Source: Alloascoidea hylecoeti | Lineage: Eukaryota | Direction: 5' to 3' | Assembly (NCBI GenBank): GCA_001600815.1 | Contig: BCKZ01000011.1 | Location: forward strand, 289,622 to 353,621 | Length of the DNA stretch: 64,000 nucleotides | Shown here: positions 1 to 10,157 of the stretch, piece after piece | Numbering within the stretch: the stretch's first letter is position 1 | How the letters are laid out: each line of letters begins with the position of its first letter | Translations under genes and position numbers: made by a program | The notes under the pieces: generated by a model | Told to the model about the DNA's origin: nothing | What the model saw: only the letters and a program-made list of their open reading frames with translations | Databases searched by the model: none

Positions 1-1239
1 GGAATAGTAGCATCATCATCAGAATTTAAAGGTGGATCGATGAGATGGTGGAGAACAGCACAAGGAATGTCTCGGGATTTAAAATTAAATCTTGAGTTTT
101 CAAATTTATCAGAAGAAGAAAGAGAAGAAAGAAGAAGATGTTTTTGGTTAATTTATATGGTTGATAGACATTTAGGATTATGTTATAATCAACCATTAGC
201 AATATTAGATTCTGAATGTCTCGAATTATATCATCCAATTAGTGATTTTATTTGGAATCATACTGATCCAAGTTTAAAATTATCAAAAATACCAACAAAT
301 TTATTATATAAAGATAGAAAAATTGGTATATCTTTTAACTTTTCTGAAGGAGTTTATGGATTTTTCTTACCAGCAATGTCAATATTGGGTTCAATTGTTA
401 CAATGCATCATTTATTACAACAACCAATTAATTTCTTATCAAAAGATATGTTTCTTGATTTTGGTAGATCTCAGATTGAAATTGCAATAACTCAATATGA
501 ACAAGCAATTGATGATTTTAATAATAATAAAGGTACAAATGATAATAGTAATAATAATAATTTACAACGAAAAAATGAAATGATGGATGAAATATTAATT
601 GATTATTCTGAATATACAGATTGGATTAAATATCATGAAGTTTGGATTAACTATGCAAAGTTTTTTTCTCATGTTTTAAGATTATTATTATATATTTCTT
701 GGGATCCAATTGTCTTATTTAATACGCCAATTTCAACTATTTCAACTTCAAGAGATTTTCAAAAAGCTATTAAAGATTCTATATCAATTTCATTTGAATT
801 AGAGAAAATTTTAGAATTAGATCCAGAAATGAGATTAATTCCTTTCTTTTCAGGGATTTATTTATTACAAGGTGGTATTATTTTGTTAGTTATATTAGAA
901 AAAATGGGTAAAGATACAAGTAATGAAATTATTAAAGCTGCAGAAGTTGTTGTTAGAGCTCATGAAGTTTGTATTGTTACATTATTCACCGAATATCAAA
1001 GAGTTTTTAGAACCTGTATGAGAGCTGCTTTAAGATCAGTTAAAATGAAAAAATTAAGAGCAAAACAATCAAATTTAAAGCAAGTAGGGGATAATAATGA
1101 TGAACTAGATGTATTTAATGAATCAGAGTCTAGCGCTCATAATATTGAGAATAATGAATTTGAAGAAGTTTCTAAAAAACGAAGGGAAGCAATGGGAGTT
1201 TATAAATGGGCACCAGGTGGTTACGGTCTTGGAGTATGA
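1..1239 (+). CDS. xlnR: XlnR/Xyr1/AraR-family Zn(II)2Cys6 transcription factor, C-terminal part (5'-truncated by window edge)
   Basis: Frame is open from base 1 (GIVASSSEFKGGSMRWW...). It contains the fungal TF middle-homology motif EEEREERRRCFWLIYMVDRHLGLCYNQPL. It also has XlnR-typical C-terminal blocks PFFSGIYLLQG, VRAHEVCIVTLFTEYQRVFR and the terminal RREAMGVYKWAPGGYGLGV*, matching recalled XlnR motifs SMRWW / VRAHEACVVTLNTEYQR / YRWxGDGxGLAL. The Zn-cluster DNA-binding domain lies outside the window. Confidence 0.85.
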   Translation, partial: GIVASSSEFKGGSMRWWRTAQGMSRDLKLNLEFSNLSEEEREERRRCFWLIYMVDRHLGLCYNQPLAILDSECLELYHPISDFIWNHTDPSLKLSKIPTNLLYKDRKIGISFNFSEGVYGFFLPAMSILGSIVTMHHLLQQPINFLSKDMFLDFGRSQIEIAITQYEQAIDDFNNNKGTNDNSNNNNLQRKNEMMDEILIDYSEYTDWIKYHEVWINYAKFFSHVLRLLLYISWDPIVLFNTPISTISTSRDFQKAIKDSISISFELEKILELDPEMRLIPFFSGIYLLQGGIILLVILEKMGKDTSNEIIKAAEVVVRAHEVCIVTLFTEYQRVFRTCMRAALRSVKMKKLRAKQSNLKQVGDNNDELDVFNESESSAHNIENNEFEEVSKKRREAMGVYKWAPGGYGLGV

Positions 1240-1975
1240 CTTGAATTTATACAGGTTTGATTATTGTTGTATTATACAACTACAAACTTATAATTAAGTA
1301 ATGGTTATAAAAATTATATAATTACAATTGGGGTGCAAATATTATGAACACTCCAAATTTATTAATGATGACTGGGATTTTCTTAGAAAGAATATCTTTA
1401 TAATTATAATGAATGATCATGATTTGAAATGATAATAAATAGTTTTGATGTTTACGATAGTACTAATATGGATATGTTTTCTTTATAACATTTGATACGA
1501 TTTTTCTTATAAAAATATACAAATAATTGATAGTTAATAGCTAATATACTGTCATCCAATCCAATTCACTTTAATGAAAGATCAAGGAATATTGGATATT
1601 TTGGTAGCAGGAATTATATTCGTATCTCTTAACTTTTGAAGATTTGAACAATTTCAACCGATAATCTCCTCAAAGCTATACCGAAGGTAAAGTACAAAAC
1701 CTCATGAACAATTGAACATACTTGTGTTCTGAAACTTCCCAACCTTGTATGGAAAATTAATTTCCACGGCACTGGTCATAAAAGCTTTAAATATTATTTC
1801 ATTGCTCAAATCAACTGGACATTGAACACTTCACGGGTAAATTTCTAAAACATTAATATTTCATAAACTAACATAATTATGTGCCTGGAGATTAGACATC
1901 ATCAATAGAAATTCTATATAAACAGATCATCATTAATATAAATCAAAACATATGCCATACAATCATGAGTTATAA

Positions 1976-3739
1976 TTATACTACCAACTTATCTTCTGCC
2001 AATTTTAAAGCATCTACACCGGGTTGATACCTTTCCCAATCCCTTGCAACAACTTCTTCTTCTAAATCCCCATTAACTTTTTCTAATAAACCATTTCTAT
2101 CCCAATCGAATTCTTCTTTCGTCATATCTTGAAAAGTTTTATATTTTTCCTGTTGATCAACCCAAGCAGCTTTATAAGCAGCTCCAGTAGCACAAGCATC
2201 AGCAATTTCAATTTTAAATGATCCATGAGTTGGCCCAAAAACTTGTGACATTACACGACAAATTGATAAATTTCTTGAAGCACCACCAACGAAGAATACT
2301 CTATGTGGACGTTTTAATTTCGTTGGGTTGTCGATATCTGCAATCATTGGTCCCGATCTCATTCTCATTGATAATGCCTGGGATTCAACAATTGCTCTTG
2401 GATCATCATATGGTAAATTCCAGTTATCTATTTTATCTGAAAGATCTTTATTCTTAATATCATATTCATATCTTAATGTTTGAGCCTGACAATCAGGTAT
2501 AATTTCAGCAAGTGGGAAATAAACTCCAATCTTAATAGGATCATTTGAATTAACTTGTCCTAATGGTGGATTTGATTCAGCCAATTTATTAAAAATATCC
2601 CAATTATATTTATCTTTAATTAAATTTTTTGAATTTGGATTTTTTTTCAATTCAATTTGATTTAATTCATTTCTAACATTTTCACGAGCTAATGATCCAT
2701 TACAATAACAAAGCATACCCATAAATAAATTATTTGTAGTTGGATGTGTAAAAACATGATATAAATCAGATGGTACTAAATTTTCAGTTGTAATTAAAAC
2801 AGTTGTTGATGTTCCTAAACTAATCATTAAATCATCTTTTTCTAATGGTAATGATAAAATTGTTGATGGATTATCACCAGTAAATGTTGAAACTTTGCAA
2901 TTTTTAGAATCAAAGTTATATTTTGAGACCCAATAATTACTAATATTTCCTAATATTGCACCACCATTTTTTTCAACAGGACCTAATTTACTTAAAAGTT
3001 TCTCTTTTTCATTTGCATCAGATGAACCAGCAACCAATTCAATCAATGAATCATCCCATTTTTGATCATTAATATTCCATAAATTCATACCACAAACATC
3101 ACTAACATCAAATGGAGCAATTTTCCCTAAGAAAACTGATGATAAAAAAGAACTAACAAGCGATATTCTTGATGTTTTTTCATACTCTTTTGGATTTTGA
3201 TTTTTAAATTTCATAATTTGTGGACCTGTAAAACGATGATGTGCTTTTGATCCAGTAATATCTGCTAATTTTTGAGATCCTCCAACTTTCTCTTCAAACA
3301 ATTGACATTCTTTTGCAGTTGAATGATCTTGCCAATTTGGTGCATATTCATGTGATAAAACATTAGGATAATATAATTGATCGGCTAAAGATTTATCAGG
3401 ATCTAGTTTGTCTAGTATATCATTTGCTTCATAAGACCAATAAACAGATCCGTGTTGTTGACAAGCACCCGAAATTGCTCTTACATCTTTAAAGGGGAAC
3501 CCGTCCTTTTCCATCCTCGAGAACAAGACATCTAATGCCTCGAACCACATACGGACTGGGGCATAAACTGAATTGTCAACGGGATTTTTAAAAACACCTT
3601 TAGAGACACCATATGAAGGGGTATCAACATCAAATTCAACATGATATTGGTAATGCTGTGCTAAGTGAGCATCCACAGCAACTGCCTTAATCTGTTGGGT
3701 TGATAGATCAAAGCCTAAATATAAAGGAGTACCAGTCAT
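1976..3739 (-). CDS. XKS1: Xylulokinase (FGGY carbohydrate kinase)
   Basis: 587 aa ORF with motifs LYLGFDLSTQQ, ISGACQQHGSVYW, PNWQDHST, HRFTGPQI, TGDNP, ISLGTSTT, MLCYCNGSLARE and VGGASRN, typical of eukaryotic xylulokinase. Confidence 0.95.
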   Translation of the reverse strand: MTGTPLYLGFDLSTQQIKAVAVDAHLAQHYQYHVEFDVDTPSYGVSKGVFKNPVDNSVYAPVRMWFEALDVLFSRMEKDGFPFKDVRAISGACQQHGSVYWSYEANDILDKLDPDKSLADQLYYPNVLSHEYAPNWQDHSTAKECQLFEEKVGGSQKLADITGSKAHHRFTGPQIMKFKNQNPKEYEKTSRISLVSSFLSSVFLGKIAPFDVSDVCGMNLWNINDQKWDDSLIELVAGSSDANEKEKLLSKLGPVEKNGGAILGNISNYWVSKYNFDSKNCKVSTFTGDNPSTILSLPLEKDDLMISLGTSTTVLITTENLVPSDLYHVFTHPTTNNLFMGMLCYCNGSLARENVRNELNQIELKKNPNSKNLIKDKYNWDIFNKLAESNPPLGQVNSNDPIKIGVYFPLAEIIPDCQAQTLRYEYDIKNKDLSDKIDNWNLPYDDPRAIVESQALSMRMRSGPMIADIDNPTKLKRPHRVFFVGGASRNLSICRVMSQVFGPTHGSFKIEIADACATGAAYKAAWVDQQEKYKTFQDMTKEEFDWDRNGLLEKVNGDLEEEVVARDWERYQPGVDALKLAEDKLVV

Positions 3740-4132
3740 TAATATTAAAGATGTATAGTTTTATATTATTATCAAAAGTATAGAGCAATTAAAGCAATTA
3801 ATTAGTTATAAATTAATACGTTGAATATATTGATAGAATCCCCCCTCGGATGGTTGGTTCTTATATATTGATGATCGGGAGAAAAGAAATTCAAATAAAT
3901 ATCGTAGAAATCAATCAGGAAAATCAAAAAGTAAGTTTGAAGGTTGATCAAATAAATTCACTGCAAAATGAAAAATAAAATTCAAAATAAGTAATAAATT
4001 TAAACGGATCATATTCCTGTTTGGTCCCTGTATTTTTCCGGGCTTTATGCACTGTTTTCAGTATATACGTATTTGGTTTTACCGTTTTTGCTTTGACTTC
4101 TTCTATTTAAATTGGTTCACCATCGGGTGGTT

Positions 4133-4143
4133 CCCCACAATTT
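4133..4143 (-). promoter_or_regulatory. Putative Mig1/CreA glucose-repression site (AAATTGTGGGG)
   Basis: Exact match to AT-box + SYGGGG in the XKS1/XYL2 divergent intergenic region; motif match only. Confidence 0.45.
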
Positions 4144-4465
4144 GAAATCGAGAGGAATACAGTAATATAAGCGATTGTGGGTCGGAATTTGAAGGGAGTC
4201 GGAAATCTGTGACAACAGTGTTAAGGCCAATTTTAAGGATATCGATTTTAATGAAAACGGCAAAAAGGTCAAGGGATTAGAAATAATACTCAAAGGCTGG
4301 AACTATAACTGCCATGTCATATTGTTCATTCGACTATAAATCGCAAATCTCATGATTATAAAAACATGTAGATGATATATTACAAGCTACAGTAGTTTTA
4401 ATTTTATATATCGCGATCGTATAATATAATTATAGATTCCATGGATTACAATAACCTATACATAC

Positions 4466-4482
4466 CGGGAACTTAGTTTCCG
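4466..4482. promoter_or_regulatory. CGG-N11-CCG near-palindromic Zn-cluster TF site
   Basis: CGGGAACTTAGTTTCCG, inverted CGG triplets with an 11-bp spacer (Gal4-type geometry), in the divergent promoter. Confidence 0.4.
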
Positions 4483-4673
4483 TATACCATATCGCGGAGA
4501 ATTTTGTTATATTCCTGAATCCTAATCATTAAACTATTGAAATGTATCCTATAATTTAGAGCTTTAAACTAAGAGTGATAATGAGTTAAAAGTTGTAACT
4601 ATAAAGTTAATGTTTCAAAAATTTGTTCAACAGTAATCCAGTTATATTATAATTATAATTAACTATATTGTCG

Positions 4674-4681
4674 CGGATAAT
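4674..4681 (+). promoter_or_regulatory. XlnR-like site CGGNTAAW (CGGATAAT)
   Basis: Matches the CGGNTAAW motif described for XlnR; about 290 bp upstream of the XYL2 ATG. A related CGCGGAGAAT lies at about 4493-4502. Confidence 0.35.
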
Positions 4682-4973
4682 TGCTTCTCGAAGCTCTTAA
4701 ATTGTTGTGATCATGATTATATTCAATTATCCTCATGTAATCAAATCAAGAATAATGGAGAATTTTAAATTAAGCGAAATTTAATATAGTCAAAATAACT
4801 TTTATTGATAATTGATATCTGATCATTTATATATTTATATAACTCCACATTTTACTTTATACTTTTTTTTCATTCTTCATTGTATTTGATTTTCATACAT
4901 TAAACACAAAACAAAAACTCAATTAAGATTGAAAATTTTTGAATTTTTATAAATTTCTTTTTTTAACAGAAAA

Positions 4974-6059
4974 ATGTCATCTAATTTATCCGATCTTTCA
5001 ACTAAAGTTAATCCGTCATTAGTTCTTCGAAAAGTTCATGATATTGTTTATGAAGATCGTCCAGAACCAACGTTACCAGATCCTTATTATGTAAAAGTTA
5101 ACATTAAGAAGACTGGTATTTGTGGATCAGATGTTCATTATTGGGAGCATGGATCAATTGGTAATTTTATTGTTAAAGATCCTATGGTTTTAGGTCATGA
5201 ATCAGCAGGTATTGTAACAGAAGTTGGATCTGCTGTTACTACTTTAAAAGTCGGTGATAGAGTTGCTGTTGAACCAGGTATTCCATCTCGTTATTCAAAT
5301 GAATATAAAGCAGGTTTATACAATTTATGTCCACATATGGCGTTTGCTGCTACACCACCATATGACGGTACATTAGCAAGATATTATACCGTACCTGAAG
5401 ATTTTTGTGTTAAATTGGCAGATAATGTTTCTTTCGAAGAAGCTGCAATGTGTGAACCATTATCAGTTGCTGTTCATGTATCAAGATTAGGTAAAGTTAC
5501 ATTTGGATCAAAAGTAATTGTTTTCGGTGCTGGACCAATTGGTTTATTAACAGTTGCTGCTGCTAAAGCCTATGGCGCAACTGAAGTTATTGCTGTTGAT
5601 ATTGTTCCAAGTAAATTAGAAGTTGCAAAAGAAATGGGTGCAACAAAGATTTTCATTCCATCGAAGGGTGATTCTTCGGAAACTTCTGCAGAAAAAATTC
5701 AAAAAGAATTTGGATTTTCACCAGATGTTGCAATTGAAGCATCAGGAGCAGAAGCTTCAATTCAAACAGCAATTCATGTTTTAGCTCCAGGTGGAACATT
5801 TGTTCAAGCAGGTATGGGGCGTGATTACGTTAATTTCCCAATTACAATGGTATCAATTAAAGAAATTGAAGTTAAAGGATCTTTTAGATATTATTTTGGT
5901 GATTATCCACGCGCTGCTGAATTAATTTCAACAGGTGCTGTTAATGTTAAAAGATTAATTACTCATAGATTTAGATTCGATCAAGCAATTGAAGCTTTTG
6001 CAACTGTTAGAGATGGAAAGGCAATTAAAGCTATTATTGATGGACCTGAAGATCTTTAA
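4974..6059 (+). CDS. XYL2: Xylitol/sorbitol dehydrogenase (MDR Zn-dependent)
   Basis: 361 aa with GICGSDVHY, GHESAG, NAD-binding VFGAGPIG...VDI. PGIPSRYSNEYKAGLYNLCPHMAFAATPP lacks three structural-Zn cysteines, as in yeast XYL2/SOR1. Confidence 0.93.
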   Translation: MSSNLSDLSTKVNPSLVLRKVHDIVYEDRPEPTLPDPYYVKVNIKKTGICGSDVHYWEHGSIGNFIVKDPMVLGHESAGIVTEVGSAVTTLKVGDRVAVEPGIPSRYSNEYKAGLYNLCPHMAFAATPPYDGTLARYYTVPEDFCVKLADNVSFEEAAMCEPLSVAVHVSRLGKVTFGSKVIVFGAGPIGLLTVAAAKAYGATEVIAVDIVPSKLEVAKEMGATKIFIPSKGDSSETSAEKIQKEFGFSPDVAIEASGAEASIQTAIHVLAPGGTFVQAGMGRDYVNFPITMVSIKEIEVKGSFRYYFGDYPRAAELISTGAVNVKRLITHRFRFDQAIEAFATVRDGKAIKAIIDGPEDL

Positions 6060-6404
6060 ATTTGATTTAAATTTATTTTTATGATGTTGATGAATATTTA
6101 GTACACATAGATAATTAAGTATACAAATAGTTGTTTAGTTTGATAATTAATTTTAATGAATTTTATTTTGTTATTTGTTTTCATCATCAGGTAATAATAA
6201 ACATTACAGATATATTCAATTGTTACAGAATATCAAAAGCTTAAGTAAGCCAACTACACGTGACACAATTAATATGAGTGTATGGGTGTATTGCATTTGG
6301 CCAATCACGACCTACGAATTAGTAGCGTATGAAAGGATGTCAGCCAGTTTTAAAACCTTCATATTTTTTCGAAATCTAGCTCCACGACTGAAATTTGTTT
6401 AGAA

Positions 6405-7135
6405 ATGTCTGCTGTTACAAAATGTTTTAAGGCAGGTCAATCTTCAGCCCTTATGGGTTGGTCCTCTAAGTTGTTAGCTTCACAGGGTACGAATCTTTTT
6501 CAATCCAATCAGTTTTGTCAGTTAACTAATGATGTATATGTCTAGTCCGAAGTTTGTCTTCAACCTCACCAGCAAACAAACCAACTTATCAAATGCCTGA
6601 TTTTTCCCATTACGTTAAGGAAAACAGGAACACAGATGCTAACAGAAACATTACATATTTCGCTGTCGGTGGTCTTGGTCTTTTGTCAGCTGCTGGTGCA
6701 AAATCAACTGTCACTGAATTTTTATCTTCAATGTCTGCTTCTGCTGATGTTTTAGCTTTAGCAAAAGTTGAAGTTGATCTAGCTGCAATTCCAGAAGGTA
6801 AGAATCTTGTTGTTAAATGGCAAGGTAAACCTGTTTTCATCCGACACAGAACTCCAGATGAAATTCAAGAAGCAAATGAAGTTGATATTTCATCATTAAG
6901 AGATAAAGAAGCAGATGCCGATAGGGTTAAGAATCCAGAATGGTTAATCATGTTGGGTATCTGTACACATTTAGGTTGTGTGCCAATTGGTGAAGCTGGT
7001 GATTTTGGTGGTTGGTTCTGTCCTTGTCATGGTTCCCATTATGATATTTCAGGTAGAATCAGAAGAGGTCCTGCTCCATTAAATTTGGAAATTCCAGAAT
7101 ATGATTTCAACGGTGATATGTTAGTAGTTGGTTAA
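6405..7135 (+). CDS. RIP1: Rieske iron-sulfur subunit of cytochrome bc1; join(6405..6486,6546..7135)
   Basis: CTHLGCVP and CPCHGSHYD Rieske boxes. The 59-bp intron GTACGA...ACTAAT...TAG (6487-6545) joins a mitochondrial presequence ([11 protein letters not shown]...) in frame. Confidence 0.96.
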
Positions 7136-7716
7136 GAAAATAATTAAAATAATCCGTATATACATCAAATTAAACAATTTTAACAAATCAAAACATATCC
7201 AAAAAAAAGAAAAAAATTGTCATAGTTATATTAATTAATAGAGGTTTTCATTTGCAATATTATTATTAGCTATTTTATATTAGTAGCTAAAAGAAGTCAA
7301 AATCTTTCTTTATCCGTTTAATTTTAATTAATTTAAACCTTTCATTTACAACACTAAACTATTTTCACAGCCTACAAAAGAAGATCTAGATGATAAAATG
7401 AAAACGGTATAATTAAATAGCCTTAAAAGAGTGTATATCAATTACAATTTTTATACAATATGTATTAGTAATCTCTACTATGTACGATTACCTAAGATGC
7501 TGATCAGCATTACATAAAGATCAATAAGCGTATGCGTATCAGTACATGAATATTTTAATCGTAGTTTTCCGTACAGTTTTGTCTTCTATTCGATCACGTG
7601 CTCGTATAGTATCATTTACATATATAGTCCTCTCTATTTCTTCTTTTCTTTCTTCGTTTTTTATCAGGAATATATCAGGAATATATAAAAACGCGGTAAT
7701 TGGTGTTATTGATTGG

Positions 7717-10101
7717 ATGTTCGAACACGATAACAGTTTAGATTTGAAGAAATGTCTTGCGCGACTTCCGGAGTTGTACGACTTCAATTTTGATGCCGAT
7801 TTCCAACAAGTTCTATATCGTTTATTTTACTTTTCTCTTTCTAAAGAAGGGAAATATCTATCATTAATGTTCCCAAAGGCATCAAAATCTTCATTTCCTA
7901 CTAGTTGGGCAGATATATTGAGTGAGGTTAATAAGACACAAAATATCTCATGTTCCAACTCCGACCGCACGCATGAACAGTTTTGGTTCGATTCCCAGCA
8001 AAGTAAACCAACCGTTATATCGCATAAAGGTAGAGTTTGCAATGCAAAGTTTCATGAAGGTGACTTAATTTATAAATGTCGGTAAGTTTTGATATAACTT
8101 TTATGTTTTAAGTTTTTTGATTTTTAATTTTTAAGTTTTAAGTTTTTAAAATTACCATACATATTCATTATTTAATGCATTATTTAATTATTTTATTCAA
8201 TTACACATTATTAATGTTTAAATTTTAGAGATTGTTCAACAAATGATTCATGTGTTCAATGTGAAAGCTGTTTCGATCCAGAAACACATAAAAACCATCA
8301 AGTATTAATGTTAATAACAGAAACATCTAATGCAAATGGTGTTTGTGATTGTGGTAATCCTGAAGCATGGAGGAATAAATCAATTAAATGTAAATTATCA
8401 CATCAGAATAATTTTCAATTACCAAATGATTTGAAAGATTCAATTTATAATACTTTACAAATAATTTATGATTATTTTTTTGATGTTATGAATGCTGCTG
8501 AATTACCTTTATTTTATGGTTATGCTAGAAAAAGATATGGTGCTGATCCTCGTACAATTGGTTATTTATATCAAGAATATTCTGATAAAAGATATTTATC
8601 TCCATCTGTTTATGGCGAGTTAGAAAATAATTCAAAAAATTTTATACTAGTTATCTGGGATAATGAGAATTTTGAAACCGTTGAAGAATTGTCAGATTTG
8701 ATATATGAAATTGAAAATGAAATGGCAACTGAACATAATATTGATGAAATATCAATGGAAAGAGCTTCATCATTGGCTACTGAGTTACGTAACAATGGTC
8801 GTGTTCCAATTCCATATAGCTCACCGGACATGTCTTTTTTAATGCAACGGAAAAGAAAATATGATTTAAAAGGTTTTATTACAATGATACCAAGTTCAAG
8901 AGATTATTTCCGTGAATTAATCGCTTGTACAGTCGCAGATTGGAATAAATGTACTTATATTTCTATCCTGCCTGATATATCAGTTTGCTTGAAGAAAACA
9001 ACTGGAGATTTATTATCGAAACCAAGAACTATTGGTTGCATTTCAGATACCTTATCTTGTCAAAGGTTTGCCGCTAGAAATATGGAATGTTTAGCTATTG
9101 CTTTAGTTAAGGATGGAAAAATACCAACTATTGTTCAAGAAAAACCACCATTATTTGATAATAAGGACCATCTTTTTGATAAAAGTGGTTACTTAGAAGA
9201 TATCAACTTGATTGATGATGATAATAATATTAATAATAATAATGATATTTTAAATTATATTAAAACCCAAGATGAAAAATCATTAATTCAATCAAGATTT
9301 CAATTATTAATGTATTTTGAAGTAAGATTTTCAAAAAAATTACGTGAATTAATTCATGAATTATATATGGTTATAATTTCATCAGATTTAAAATTAAAAG
9401 ATTTATTTACTTTTCAATTTATTGAAGTTTATCCAATTATATATAATGTTTTTTTAAAAATGGATAGATATCCTCAATTTTCATCACTTCAAAATATTTC
9501 AACTCAATTATTTTCAAGTAAATCACTTGCTAATAAATTAATTAAATTTAGAGGTATTACAGTACTATTATCAACTTTATATTCAATTTTTACAGCTCAA
9601 GAATGTCTTATCTGTGATAGTTCAAAAATCTGGCAAATGGATCGTTCTGGTATAATTGAAGATAATGAAGATCAATCAATTGATGTTATTGAAACTTCAA
9701 TTATAGATGCAAGTGAAACCATCTTATCTAACATTATAAGTATTATTGAATTTTCAACAGAATATACAACTTTAGCATTTAAAGATAGATATTTAATTTG
9801 GGATATATTAAAAGTTTGTACAGGATTTAATCCACATACGAGAAATAAAATAATTAATAGTACAAAGGAAAATGATAATAAATCATATGAATTATATTGG
9901 ATATCATTATATTTACCAACAATTATAAATATTTATAAACTTGCAAGTAATGTTAACTTTATGAATTATATTACTAATTATGATAAAATAAAAATTATTG
10001 AAGAAGCTATTAATTTTTATTCTTTTCAACTTTATAATATTGAAGATGAATTAATTGATATTGAAATACCAAATTATAAAAGTATTTTATTAGATTATGA
10101 T

Positions 10102-10157
<56 letters not shown>

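Noticed and set aside
7546..8085. Stand-alone 179-aa ORF
   Set aside because: It is exon 1 of the UBR gene; the same applies to 58089-58598 (Lon exon 1) and 29448-30077 (exons of the CinA-like gene).
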